The translations under genes and the position numbers were made by a program. A stretch of 64,000 nt of DNA, taken from Okamejei kenojei (Eukaryota). Every line of letters begins with the position of its first letter. The stretch's first letter is position 1. The notes under the pieces were generated by a model that was not told the origin of the DNA, did no database searches, and saw only the letters and a program-made list of their open reading frames with translations. The stretch spans positions 18,476,001 to 18,540,000 of the forward strand of contig CM069169.1 in NCBI GenBank assembly GCA_035221665.1. Reading direction: 5' to 3'. This document shows, piece after piece, positions 27,080-40,250 of the stretch.

Positions 27080-27845
27080 GCCAAGGTACCTAACCGAGCT
27101 AGTTCCATTTGTCAGCTGCTGGCCTTTCCCATACTTGTACCAGTCTAAGTTTATTTAAAACTTCATAATTGTATCCAGTCCTACAGCTTTCACTAGAAGC
27201 TCATTCCATTTACACGTCCTCCGTATGGAAAAAGTTGCCCCTGCAGTCCCTTGTAAATCTTTCCGTTTTCACTTAAACTTATGCCCTGTACTTCTAGACT
27301 CTCCTGCCTTTGTGGAAATGTATATGGCCATCTATTTTATCTTTATATATCTATAATGATACACTTTTTAGTAGGTCACCTTTCAACCTCCCATGCTCCA
27401 GTGAAAAAGGACCTCACCTCTCCAGCTCTCCTTATCTCTCAAACCCTCCAGTCCTGGTAAGGTACACTCATCTCTCTTTTTGCACCCTTTCCAATGTAAT
27501 GGCATCCTCCTTGTAGCAGGACAATTAGAATTAGTACTCCATATGTGACCTTACCAACGTCTTGAACAGCTGTAACATGATGACACAACTCCAAATACTG
27601 TACTCAATATACTGACTAATCAAGGCAAGCTTGCTAAATACATCATTCACCATGTCTGCCTCTGTCACCATTTTTAAGGAGCTGCATCCTCTGGGCCGTA
27701 CTCACCCTGATTGCCTTTCCAAAATGCAACACCATATATTTATCTGAATGAAACTCCATCTGCCATTCCCTGGCCCATTGGTCCAGTTGATCAAAATCCT
27801 GTTGTAATCTTAAATAACATCCTTCACTGTTCACTATATCACCAG
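27080..27845 (-). mobile_element. Degraded CR1 3' fragment
   Basis: Minus ORF 27643..27834 RLQQDFDQLDQWAREWQMEFHSDKYMVLHFGK. Confidence 0.7.
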
Positions 27846-28713
27846 TCAGAGAGAATGTGTAATCTTCACACAGATACCATCAGAATCTAGGTTGCTAGAG
27901 CTGTGAGGCAGCACCAAATTGTATATTTTCAGTTAAGATTACTCTGGAGCTGGTGTTTGGACAAGTTAATGCAGATATTGATATTTTTCCAAAATTGTTC
28001 AATATTGCTTCTGTCATCGTATCCATACAATGATGCATTTTCCACTATAGATTATTATTTTATGGCAATTCTGAAGGGTCATGTGGTCAGGAAGCAGCCC
28101 TTTGGCCCACCATGCCTCCTTGAATGATTCCTTTGCCAACATTTGACCCAAATCCCTCTAAACCTTTCTTGTTCATTTACCTGGCTAAACGCCTCCTATT
28201 CCAATTATTTCCTCGGGTAAAGATCGGTATTCATCGATGAAGTTGCTAAATTACATTTTGCAACTTTGTTTTCAGTAACTATGAAATTTTTCAGATTTAA
28301 TTTTCATTTTTCCACAAAGCCATGGTTACCAGATGACAAAAATGTCCTCTCATCTCGGTGTATATTTTGTGTGAATAGATGAGCTCATCTGCATTCTGAT
28401 GATTATTGTGCTGAAGCACAGAACATGAGACAGATGGCACAAAAAAGCAGTGGCATCCGTTATATCTACTGGAGAGAGCAGAGGGGGCTCTGGTTTAATG
28501 TTTAAATGAAAGCATGCAGCACTACATCAATACTTCATTGGAGTGAAGTCTTGAAATGTATACTCAGTTTCTGGAGTAGGGCTTCTCCCATAGTTTACTC
28601 ATGTGAGTTAGAGTATTTGCAACAGTGGCGACAGGAATTCCAAACTAACTCAGTAAAAATGGAAGTAGTTAATGCTTAGGCTCTGATAACCTGCTGTTTT
28701 TAAATACTTGCAG

Positions 28714-29002
28714 ACAATCAGGAGGAAAAGGAAAATTCAGATGCCGGTGACTCGAGCAGAGCCGGATCGACCGCCTGTATCGGAGCCTGAGGAGGATAGT
28801 TTTGAAGACGAGGAGGTTTATGATCGTAAAAGTGGACGAAGTGGGCGGAGTCCTTATGGCGGGAGGAGGAGTGAGAGGAAGGTTGGGAGGCATGAAGATA
28901 GAGAGAGAAGCTTGTCACCAAGATCGGAGCGACGATCGGTGTCTTCACATCTCCCACCTAAACCCATTAAAGTGACATTGGTAAAGTCAAGAAAGAGTGA
29001 AG
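28714..29002 (+). CDS. TJP1: TJP1 exon 5 (U2 linker, start of PDZ2)
   Basis: cag|TIRRKRKIQMP..RERSLSPRSERRSVSSHLPPKPIKVTLVKSRKSE+G|gtgtgt; 289 nt. Confidence 0.95.
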
Positions 29003-29426
29003 GTGTGTACATCTGAAAAATAATAGCTGCACATATCTCGCGTGGAGATCATGCAGCTGTAAAGATTTTGTATTTAGTAAATTGGTCTGACTGATATATT
29101 ACCCAAAGCTGAGCAAAAGAATAAAAGTTACGGTACTAGTAAGCTTTAGATTTTCTTGTAGAGGTTTAAGACCGTTCGTAACAAGATGAGTTGAAATACT
29201 GCATCATGTCTATTAAAGGGTTCCGATCCAAAATGTCTGAACCTATATCTTAGAAAGGTCCGGACCTAAATCGTCACTACCCATGTTCTCCAGAGATACA
29301 GCCTGACCTGCTAAGTTATTCTAGCTCTTTGACTTTTTTTTGTAAACCAGCATCTGTAATTCCTAGTTTCTCTATTTTACATCTGGCTCTAATTGGCCAT
29401 GGATAATGAAACTGGAAGAGGGGGGT

Positions 29427-29622
29427 TGTAGGAAGGAACTGCAGATGCTGGTTTACACCCAAGATAGACACAAAAATCTGGAGTAAATCAGCGGGACAGG
29501 CAGCATCTCTGGAGAGAAGGAATGGGTGACGTTTCGGATCGAGACCCTTCAGACTGAAGACACATCACCCACCCAGAGATGCTGCTTGTCCCGCTGAGTT
29601 ACTCCAGCTTATGTGTCTGTCT
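29427..29622. mobile_element. Fold-back Penelope-derived short element
   Basis: Inverted pair of the hammerhead-bearing terminus; CTGGAAGAGG duplicated at 29412-29421 and 29623-29632. Confidence 0.75.
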
Positions 29623-31135
29623 CTGGAAGAGGATATTGTGCTTGATTGCTCCTGTCCAACACCATAGCTGTAAAGGCTTTTGCACATCAGGCCAGACCAG
29701 AATTGTAGAAACAGGATTGTACCTAGTTTTGATGTCCTTCAAAGTTGAATTTCATGGTGATATTCACTGTCTTACACATGGTGTTTATCTACCAGGGTAC
29801 ATACAGTATCTAGACGATTTGCTTATGCCTGCTATTCCGATTCCGAGCTAGTGCTTTCTTGACAAGACATTGTGGGGATTTTGAGACTATAATGACATTT
29901 GGGCAAACCACTAGCAGCCAGTGTGGGCTGTTTGGAGGAGGAGGGTTCACCTCTGGAGGTGTTTGTGGTGCAAGGGATGGATGTTACAAATGAAGGCGTG
30001 CAGTCGGCTCACTGCGCTGAGGTTCTGTTTCTTTGCTTTCTGGGTGCTCTGGAGTTTGGATCAGTTATCAACAATCTGGTTTGTAAGCATGATGTCACTT
30101 TGTTCATCCTGAGCTGTGTAATCAGTTGTGAATGGAGTGTCCACATGCTTGAAGCAAGTTTTCACGATGTCTGGCCTTGCTGTAGTCAGGCCACACAGGC
30201 TTGCATGGATATTTATGATGTTGGTAATGGTTCCGTCACAAGGGGAAAGACTGGAACGCGAGTTTGAAACTACCCGTGAAGATTTAAATTGTTGAACTAT
30301 TGCAACAAAGAAATTCCAACTGTAATTGGCGGCAGTTCCACGTTGTCTCCTGATTTTTTTCTATTTTGTTTTACATTACTATTTCCAGGATCTGCAGTTT
30401 AACATTTACTGATTTGATATGGCCTATTTTACAAGTTGCATTCCACGAAAAGTTATTTTACAACCAACTTGGATTGCATTTAAATTATAATGACTGGTTT
30501 AAAACAGTATTAAAATGTTAACTATTTGAAGCCCACATCCTGTCTGATGTTGCACGCAGAGTATAGTTGAGGTAATGACATTCATACCTAGAATGGTCAG
30601 CTGCTGGGGTTGTGTCATTGTAACTCCGATGAATTGCTGGTAGTTTTCCACATTCCAGATTATTTGAATTGAAGTTTCATAGATCCTGTGGTGGAAGTAG
30701 AGCTTGGTCCTGTGAAAGGTGAGGATATTGGCTGGGAAATTTAGTGTGGGCGGGAGAGTGGACCAGGAGGCCAAGGTCATGCTCGGCTTCTCACCTGGTA
30801 CAAACTTGGGTGGTGAAGTGACAGCCAATCAATCTGTGAAAGGTACCGGAGGGGCAAACATGGATTACTGAATGACATCAACTGTTTACACTCGAGCTGT
30901 TTCCACGGCAAGTACCATCACTCACCTAGCACCTAAGCCACTCTTGTTTAAACTCAGTAGTAAATGGAAGTTTCCGAAAAGATGAATCAATGGAACAGAT
31001 GTTTTGAATTTCCTGATTATACATTCTTGCTTAAATTCAGTTGTTTCTCTCTGAAGTTTAAAAATTTCCTCTCTTTTAACACTGTTTTATAAAAGAACTC
31101 TTTCAGAATTAACATTAATTGATTTGTTTTCTCAG

Positions 31136-31239
31136 AGTACGGTCTTCGATTGGCAAGTCACATTTTTGTGAAAGAGATCTCTTCAGAGGGGCTGGCTGCC
31201 AAGGATGGTAACATCCATGAGGGAGATGTCGTTTTGAAG
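31136..31239 (+). CDS. TJP1: TJP1 exon 6 (PDZ2)
   Basis: cag|(E)[34 protein letters not shown]|gtcagt; 104 nt. Confidence 0.97.
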
Positions 31240-31751
31240 GTCAGTCATGTTTAGGCTTCCCTTTTTCAACAGCTTGAATGTCAATCCTTTTTAGATTTTC
31301 CCTCATCACACTCTCCCATTCCGTATTGAAATTGAGCTGAACATGCACTGCCATTTGAAAGCGTTTTATAAGGAAGAGGTAAGGCTCTAGTCCTTAATTC
31401 TAAAAATTCTTATTATTTATTTATTAAAATAATAAAATCTTAATGTCCACACAGATCAAACCATCCCGTCTAGTTTTATATTTTGTGTTATGGCAGATTT
31501 TAATTTGGGTAAATGTGAGGTGATGCATTTTGATAAGATAAACTCTGACAGGACATAGCTGGTAAATGGTAGGGCCCTGGGGCATTTGTAGAACAGAGAT
31601 TGTGGGATGCAGGTACCGTGTATAGTTCCATGACAGTATTGACACGAGCAGATGGGATATGTAGAAGGCATTTGGCACATCTGCCTTCATCCGTCAGGGT
31701 ATTGAGTACAGGAGTTGTGGCATTGTGTTGCACCTTTGTGACATTGTGTTA

Positions 31752-32058
31752 AGGGCCTATCCCACTATTCGAGTTTACCCAAGAGCTCTCCCGAGTATAT
31801 AAAAAAAATCAAACTCGTGGTAAGTACGTAGAATGTACGTAGCAAGTAAGTTGGAGCTGGGGACGTCTCTTAGCGGTTCGTAACGCTAACGGCAGGTACT
31901 CGGGAAATGCGGTAAGCTCATTACGTTTTTTCAGAACTGTGAAAAATGTCCACGAGAGCCCCAAGTACCTACAAACGGCTATTACTATAATTCCTCTGGT
32001 TCAAATCAGGGGAAACTTGGGAGAACTCTTGAATTACCTCATACAGTGGGACAGGCCT
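31752..32058. mobile_element. MITE, PIF/Harbinger-like (second copy, inside a CR1 remnant)
   Basis: TIRs AGGGCCTATCCCACT / AGTGGGACAGGCCT, TTA flanks; internal sequence shared with 21572-21892. Confidence 0.75.
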
Positions 32059-33781
32059 TTACAGCTTTGCAAGGTGCAGATAGGAAGGATGTTGTTAAAC
32101 TGTAAACGGCTTGTTACTTGGTCTGGAGGGTTTGAGTTATAGGAAGAGGCTAAATAGTATGGGACCTTTTTCACCAGAATGTCAGAGGCTGAAAGGTGAG
32201 CTTAGATGTTTATAAAATTAGGAAAATAGTTAAGGTGAACAGCCAGTCTTTCTCCCAGGCTGAGGGAGTCTAAAATTAGAAGGCATAGATTTAAGCTGTG
32301 CTCACTGGTCTAATCTCGGGGCCGCATTGTGTGTCCGTTCTGAGTTGAGGAGCACAAACATACTGACGATGACTGTTGTGCCACTTTAAATCATCTGCAA
32401 CCATGCACATTGACTACAGATCTGGATTAGTTTCTGCACAAAATCTGCAACCTCAATCATACCATCACACGAGTGTAAGGCAGTAGACCAGACTGAGACA
32501 ATACAGAGTCACCACTTTTCAGGTGCAATCTTGTACCCTTCAAGTCCTAAGTTTTTAAAAAGATGTTAGATTTCAAATTGGCCATAAAGACCTGTTGTCA
32601 GACAACATCTGAGAAAAGAAACCGAATGGGAGGACAGATTGAGAGGTTAGTTAATAAGGTCTGCACAGTTAATGGGCTTCATCAGTGGAGCGGTGCAGGA
32701 AAGTTATACTGATCCTTTGGGATGCATTATGTTCTAGTTTAGCTTTGAGATATAGCACGGAAAGTCTATGCACATATTATTGGAAATGTGTAAAGGAGCT
32801 GGGGAGGATGCAGATCCGGTTGAGAGAGATTTCTGGGATGAAGAACTATTGTTCCAAGGAGACTTTAGAGAGGTTGGGACAGTTTCTTGGAGAAAGCCAA
32901 GGTGAGATTTGTTAGAAGTATATAAAATAATGTGAGCTGGACAGACGGATAGCGGAGGACGAGAGATAGGTATGATCGAAGGGCCGAATGGCCTACTCCT
33001 GCACCTATTTTCTGTGTATGATGTAGCGGGGAAAAGAATTGAGCAGAATAGCCTTTCTACACAACTTGTGGGTGAATCTGAAATGTAATGACTGCAGTTG
33101 TGCTGGAGGCAGATTTGATTGGGGCCTCCAAGGAAGAAATTGGATAAATACATAGTGGAAAAAAAAGTAAAGCTATTGAGAAAGGGCTGGTGGGAAGATC
33201 TAGCAGCTGGCTTTGGTGGGCAGCTGGTGTGGGCCAGGATCAACTGTCAGTGTTGTGACCATTTGGAGTGATGTGCAACAGGTTTTGAAAATAAAGGAAA
33301 ACGTAAGTATGTAGCTTTTGAAATAACGAGCAATTGTTGCTGTTGACCTGTCATTAAATGTTATGCTGTCACACTGTACATTAATGTTTCAAAGTGTTAT
33401 CAGGTTGATATCTGTACAATATGCTGAACGACTCTGCACTGAATGGTGTGTTAGGTTATGCTTTGGGTTTAATATAATAGCATCTTGGTCAATTCATCAA
33501 ATCATGTTGTAATTAGAGCTGACAAAGATCTGCTGTGGTGCAGTGTCTTGCATTACTGTGATTGCCGTTTGTTGCTTTGCTGATAAAGGAAATACTCTGC
33601 TCTTTCAAAAGAATGCTATCTATACAAATGCAGAAACCAAGTGGTAATAGCATTGTTTGAACTGTGTGTACCATAGAGCATGCTATTGTCTTCCTGTGGC
33701 TGCTGCTTTTAGATAAGGTCTGTGCTATTTGCATTTGGCTTCCAAGCTCAGTATTGCTATGATTCTTTTGTTCCATTACAG

Positions 33782-33950
33782 ATCAATGGCACTGTTACAG
33801 AAAACATGTCGTTGGGAGATGCAAAGAAGCTAATAGAGAGATCAAAGGGCAAGCTTAAAATGGTGGTACAGAGAGATGAAAGAGCCACTCTCCTAAATGT
33901 GCCTGATTTGGAAGACAGCATTCCTTCTGCAAATGCTTCTGAAAGAGATG
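33782..33950 (+). CDS. TJP1: TJP1 exon 7 (PDZ2)
   Basis: cag|[56 protein letters not shown]+G|gtaagt; 169 nt. Confidence 0.97.
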
Positions 33951-34066
33951 GTAAGTGTATGAACCAATGGTCCTTTCGGGACAGGATTGTGGTCCCATCT
34001 GCTACTGGCTTTGGAATGTACGTGATGTGTTGAGCAGAGGTTTAGTATCTGATTGGTAAAGAGCAG

Positions 34067-34376
34067 TAGTTTAATTTAGAGATACAGTGCGGAAATAGGC
34101 CCATCGGCCCACTGAGTCCGCGCCAACCAGCGATCCCTGCATATCAACACTACCCTGTACACACTGGGGACAATTTATTTTACATTTTACATTGATAGCA
34201 AGCCAATTAACCTACAAACCTGTACGTCTTTGAAGTGTGGGAGGAAATCGAAGATCTCTGAGAAACCCATATATGTCACGGGGAGAACGTACAAACTCCA
34301 TAGAGACAGCACCAGTGGTCAGGATCGAACCTGGATCTCTGGCGCTGTAAGGCAGCAATTCTACTGCTGTACCACC
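34067..34376 (-). mobile_element. tRNA-derived SINE (HE1/V-SINE-like)
   Basis: Same family as 22635, 40383, 48665 and 50465; B-box GGTTCGATCC on the minus strand. Confidence 0.75.
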
Positions 34377-34627
34377 ATTCGGCCGCAAAGGAAATAGCAG
34401 TGTGAAATGTGCTGCAGACTGGAGTCAGTTTAAGTTATGAGCCAGTCTTGGATCAGCACAACGGGGTAACTGGGTTCACTGAGAGAGCTGAGCGATAGCA
34501 GTGTGCAGCCTGTGATACTGCCCACACAATGCTGTCTGCAAACAACTAAAGCAATGGAGATTCACTTTTATTGCAATTTGAGTTGGTGTTAAGTAACAGC
34601 ACATGAGCCTGTGAATGTTGTTGTTAG

Positions 34628-34775
34628 ATATTTCAGAAATCCATTCGCTGGTATCTGATCATTCCAACCATTCAAATGAGAGGCCTCAGTTGCGCAGTCG
34701 TTCCCGCTCGCCTGACAAGCAGTCAGATTGGTCTGACCACTCGCACCATTCTCCACAGCCCATCAGCAATGGAAG
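34628..34775 (+). CDS. TJP1: TJP1 exon 8 (U3, RS-rich)
   Basis: tag|(D)ISEIHSLVSDHSNHSNERPQLRSRSRSPDKQSDWSDHSHHSPQPISNG+AG|gtagac; 148 nt. Confidence 0.93.
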
Positions 34776-37022
34776 GTAGACCACTGCCCTTTCTCTTTGG
34801 GGGGGGGGGGGGGGTAATTGCATTGTGTGTGTGTGTGTGTGGGGGGGGGGGGGTTGTTAATTGTATTTTCTGGGGGGCTTCATTAATTGTATTGTGTGGA
34901 AGGTTGTACTGTACACTCTAGCTTTTTCAGGCTGTATAATTTTTAGATCATTCCATTTCAGAAAATCCAGCTCCTGCACTCTGGTCTGTTATTTCTAGAT
35001 AATTGTTCTATGATCTCTCATACATTAGAGATGTTGATAATTTTGATATTTTTGAACATTGACAGTATAACTAGAAAATGTGTACATTTTGGTCAGTTTT
35101 CATTGCAGAATATGTTGAATGCCCCCCTGTCTGTGTCTGTATTACCTAGTCGGGGATAGGTCATTGCCATGCATCAAAAGACTGCCCTGATGTTCCTCTG
35201 CAAAAAGCAGTTGGAGGAACTCAGCAGGCCAGGCAGCAGCTGTGGAGCAAAACCAAGAGGGGTCCCAACCCATAATGATACCTACCCCTTTCTCTTCACA
35301 GATGCTGCCTGACCCATTGACTTCCTCCAGTAGTTAAAAAAAATAATTAAATCCAGCATCTGTACCCTCTTGTGGCTCCTGGTTTTCCTATCCTCATTGT
35401 CTAACTGGGTGCCACCTTTACTTTAAATGGGCAAAAGAACATCTCACTTGGAGTTGGGATCTGCACGATGATTGGTGGTAGAGCTGGCTCTTCAGTAATT
35501 GGGAAACATCGACTGAATTCCAGGGGCCAAGATCATGGTGACGATTCTGCGAGGGAAATTGGTTCTTAATTTTAATATCCAGGAGCTGAGTTTTTGTGTT
35601 ACTGTCTGAGCTTGCTGTCGGTGAGGTCTCTGCAGATTGACACATCCCCTTTACATGTTGCCTCCCATAGAATTTTCACTCACTAATGCATGAATTCATT
35701 CTTTTCACTGTGAAAGGTTAATTTGTATATCCAGTGCCTCCGTTTCCTGCCTTTGTTCAGTATGGGAGCTGTCAGGCTACAAGGTCTGTGCCTTAAGAAT
35801 AGGAAGCACTCTATTTTTGGCTCAGTTGTGCAGGATGACATCAGTGGAGAAGAATATCTGAAACTCACTTGAGAGATTGAAGAATGTAGTTCTGCTGGTA
35901 TTTCAGGACTCTGTAAGTCGGTGAATGCCGTTTTCTGTTCATTCGGTATCTAGGGTAGATTCAAGTGTATTTTGACAGTGATACAATGTGAAACTGTGCA
36001 CCTGTTGGTATTTTTGTGCCTAATATTGAAGAGTGCAGTCTGACAATGACCAAATGATGCAACTGTTTTGCCCAATGTCAAACTATGAAGCCAGCAGAGG
36101 ATGGTGACTGAGCTTCTACCTGTAAGAGCAGCAGTGATCCAGGAGTTGTTGTCTTGGTATTTACTGCATGTACTGATAGTTGCTAACTAGCGCGTCTCTC
36201 TCATTCATGAGCACAGTCATCGTTGTTTTCCCTTTATTGTGATTCCATCTGTTCAATTGTTATTTATGGTTCATATGGAACCTTATTTCTCTTTTGAGCT
36301 TCTCCTTCCAAAATGTGTAGACTTTCTTATCGTTCTATAGCTGTACAGATTTTCAAACAAACTTTTTTGCATGTGAATTTCTGTTTAAATATGATTTTAC
36401 TGCATTTCCCTATTTCTGAATTTCTTGCAATCTGGTTGGGATGAGCTCCTATGCTGCTACCAACACATCACTAACTCTGAGCAATTGGACATCTTGTCTG
36501 ACCCTCTCCCCTGAATCACTGCGTGGTGATCAGAATCAGGAGCTGTGTTTGATTCTCTAGCTCACGGACACAATATTTCTGCTATTTAAGGAAGTTATGG
36601 CTTGTTTAAGAAGACAAGTAAAGTAGCAGCTTTCTTTTAAAAATGTAAATCTTATTTACCTTATTGAAACTAGTGGCTGAATGGTTGGGCCAGCCTTGGA
36701 GTGCTCTGTGTAGTTCTGGTCGCTGCTTTATAGGATGGCTGGGATTGAGCTAAAGGGGGTTCAGCAAGGATTCACAGGAATGTTGTCCAGACTGGAGGGC
36801 TTGATTAAGGAGAGATTAGATTGACTGAGGCAGTTTTCCCTGGAGCAAAGGAAGCTGAGGGGTGAGTTGTCGAGGTTTGTATAATTATGAGAGGCAGAGA
36901 CAGAAGGGTGGGGGGGGGGGGGGGGGGGGGGGGCGGCGAGGGTTGTGTTGCTGTCCGTTTCCCATGACAAGGGAGTCTAAAACCTGAGGGGTCAGATTGT
37001 AAAGGGACAAATATAAAATTGA

Positions 37023-37213
37023 AGGTAGACAAAAATTCTGGAGAAACTCAGCGGGTGAGGCAGCATCTATGGACCAAAGGAAATAGGCATCGTTTCGGGC
37101 CGAAACCCTTCTTCAGACCGGTTCCTTCGCTCCATAGATGCTGCCTCACCTGCTGAGTTTCTCCAGCATTTTTGTCTACCTTCGATTTTCCAGCATCTGC
37201 AGTTCCTTCTTAA
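37023..37213. mobile_element. Fold-back Penelope-derived short element inside a CR1 remnant
   Basis: Inverted arms; perfect 16-bp duplication ACAAATATAAAATTGA at 37007-37022 and 37214-37229. Confidence 0.85.
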
Positions 37214-37508
37214 ACAAATATAAAATTGATCTCAGGATCATATTTTCCACATAGATGGATATTTAAGACATTCGCATTGGTACCTGGAAAGGAAAGGTTT
37301 AAAGAAATATGAACCAAAGGCGGATAGGTCTTGGTAAGGTAGGTGTCTCGGATGGCATGGAGAAGGTGGGCCGAACGGCCTGTTTCCGTGCTGTACGACG
37401 ATAAAGTTAAAAGTTCTTCGGTTCATTGGGGTTTTCTGAAGGAAGGGCTCCACCTTCTGGTCAGAAATGTTACTGATCAACTTCTGGCAAAATACTCTTA
37501 TTTGCAGG

Positions 37509-39107
37509 GTACACATCCTCTCATCTTCACCATGGACGTCCAGTCACTATACACCTCCATCCCCCACCAGGATGGTCTCAAAACCCTCCGGTTCTTCCTC
37601 GACCAGAGGAGCAACCCATACCCGTCCACTGACATCCTCCTCCGCCTAGCGGAGTTGGTCCTTACCCTCAATAACTTCTCTTTTGACTCCTCCCATTTCC
37701 TCCAAACACAAGACGTAGCTATGGGCACACGCATGGGCCCCAGCAACGCCTGCCTCTTTGTCGGGTACATCGAACAATCCTTGTTCTTGGCGTACCAGGG
37801 CCCCATCCCTGACCTCTACGTCCGTGACTGCTTTGGTGTCACCTCCTGCACCCACACACAACTGACTGACTTCATCCGTTTCACCAACTTCCATCCGGCA
37901 CTCAAATACACCTGGACCATTTCCGATACTTCCCTACCATTCCTTGACCTCACCATCTCCATTGCAGGGGATACACTCCTGACCGACATCCACTATAAAT
38001 CCACTGACTCCCACGGCTACCTGGACTACTCTTCCTCCCACCCTGCTTCTTGTAAGGACTCCATCCCCTATTCCCAATTCCTCCGTCTACGCCGCATCTG
38101 CTCCAAGGATGAGGTATTCCACACCAGGTCATCACAAATGTCCTCATTCTTCAGAGAACGGGGATTCCCCTCCCCCTCTATAGATGAGGCTCGCACCAGG
38201 GTCTCCCCCATACCCCGCAACACTGCCCTATCTCCCCATTTCCCCCACTCGCAACTAGGGCAGAGTCCCCCTGGTCCTCACCTTTCACCCCACCAGCCGG
38301 CACATACAACACATCGTCCTCCGCCAGTTTTGCCACCTCCAACGTGACCCCACCACTCGCCACATCTTCCCATCTCCCCCCCCTGTCTGCCTTCCGCAAA
38401 GACCGCGCCCTCTGCAACTTCCTTGTCAATTCTTCCCTTCCCTCCCGCTCCACCCCTTCCCCGGACACTTTCCCTTGCAACCACAAGAGATGCTACACTT
38501 GTCCCTTTGCCTCCCCCCTCCACTCCTTTCAGGGACACAAGCAGTCCTTCCAGGTCCGACAGAGGTTCACCTGCACCTCCAACCTCATCTACTGCATCCG
38601 CTGCTCTAGATGCCAGCTGATCTATATCGGTAAGACCAAGTGGAGGCTTGGCGATCGTTTCGCCGAACACCTCTGCTCGGTCCGCAATAACCAACCCGAC
38701 CTCCCGGTGGCTCAGCACTTCAACTCCCCCTCCCATTCCGTATCCGATCTCTCTGTCCTGGGCCTCCTCCACGGCCAGAGTGAGCAACACCGCAAATTGG
38801 AGGAACAGCACCTCATATTCCGCTTGGGGATTCTGCATCCTCTTGGCTTGAACATTGAATTTTCTCAATTCTGTTAACCCTTGCTGTCTCCTCCCCTTCC
38901 CACCTCTCCCTCAGCCCTCGGGCTCCTCCTCCTTTTTCTTTTCTTCCCCCCCCCCCCCCCCCCCCCCACCTCCATTCAGTCTGAAGAAGGGTTTCGGCCG
39001 GAAACGTTACCAATCTCCTCCGTTCCTTAGATGCTGCTGCACCCGCTGAGTTTCTCCAGCTTTTTGTGTACCCTCGATTTTCCAGCATCTGCAGTTCCTT
39101 CTTTAAC
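37509..39107 (+). mobile_element. Penelope-like element (RT + GIY-YIG endonuclease), 5'-truncated and inactivated
   Basis: FTMDVQSLYTSIPH..AMGTRMGPS (RT); frameshift near 38235; CNHKRCYTC..NLIYCIRCSRCQLIYIGKT..RFAEH (GIY-YIG); stop at 38877; terminal repeat 38977-39107; 15-bp duplication ACTCT(T/A)ATTTGCAGG at 37494-37508 and 39108-39122. Confidence 0.93.
38978..39011 (+). ncRNA. Minimal hammerhead-ribozyme-like motif in the Penelope terminus
   Basis: CTGAAGA-A-GGGT-TTCG-GCCG-GAAA-CG-TT; core CUGANGA..GAAA..UH present, stem II imperfect in this copy. Confidence 0.45.
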
Positions 39108-39639
39108 ACTCTAATTTGCAGGCAGCCCCTTTAATGCAGTTAGTTCTTGCTGGCTTTGCAACACGTATGTTCCTTTTCAGGAACCAGTGATTCATAAACA
39201 CCAATTATTTTCTGGCACACAATGTTGTGTCGACAAAACTAAACTAATCTGGAAAGTGGCACTATCTTTTGCTTCCCATTCTATTGAAGTAATGTTGTCC
39301 AAATGACTAATTAGGAACATCTAATCTTTAGCATTCATTATATTCTCTGTAATAAGAACTATTTTGTGTTTGTTGTGGACTAATCCAACTTATTGGCAAG
39401 GAATGAACTGCAGATGCTGGAAAGTAAGGTGGATGAGGTCAGAGAGGACTGTGGACCATCATATCTATGTTTACCCATTTACCCATCCACACAAATCCCA
39501 TTTGGACCATACCTTCAATGCCTATTTAATAGTCTGTCTGATTGTCATAATGAGACATCTTAATAGTATTTGATTCCATCATTTCCTCTGATGATATCAA
39601 ACACTCTTTATAAAAATTTAACCCTTAGATCTGCTTTAA

Positions 39640-40250
39640 CATTTCTCCTTCTCACGTAAAGCTGCTTTCCTTTTTTTCTGGTACCCTACCAAGGGACAAT
39701 GAATATAAGTATCTGCGTCTCTCATAATCTTACATATTTCCATCAGGTCACTTCCTAGCCTCCTTTGTTCCAGGGAAAACAAGACCAGCTTATCCACCTC
39801 CCACCATAACAAGCTCTCGGCTGCAGGCAGCATCCTGGTGAATCTCCTCTGCACACCAGACGACATCCTGGTGAATCTCCTCTGCACTACATCCATCACA
39901 GTCACATCTTTCCTCGGTTGGTAGAAGGGTCCCAACCCAAAAGCCATCAATCCATTTGCTCAACCGATGCTGCCTGACCCACTGAGTTCCTTCAGTGCAT
40001 TGTGTTTTTCTCATGTCTCCCATCGTGTGGCACACAATACTCCAATTGCAGCCTATTTAGTTCTTGTAAAATTGCGCCATGAGTTCCCAAGCCATATTCT
40101 CTGCACCTACCCTTCACCACCCTACCTATCTGTGTTGCCATTTTCAGGGTACGGTGGACAGCCCCCAAGATCTCCATTAATCAATGATCTTTAATGCCTG
40201 ACCATTTACTGTGTGTGTTCTGTATATGTCTGACTTCCCAAAATGCATAA
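39640..40250 (-). mobile_element. Degraded CR1 fragment with internal 33-bp tandem duplication
   Basis: VQRRFTRM occurs twice in minus ORF 39636..39950; LFSLEQRRL..DLME. Confidence 0.7.

Noticed and set aside
37343-37508. N-terminal part of the 334-aa ORF as a novel fusion gene
   Set aside because: Chance open frame in flanking sequence upstream of the Penelope TSD
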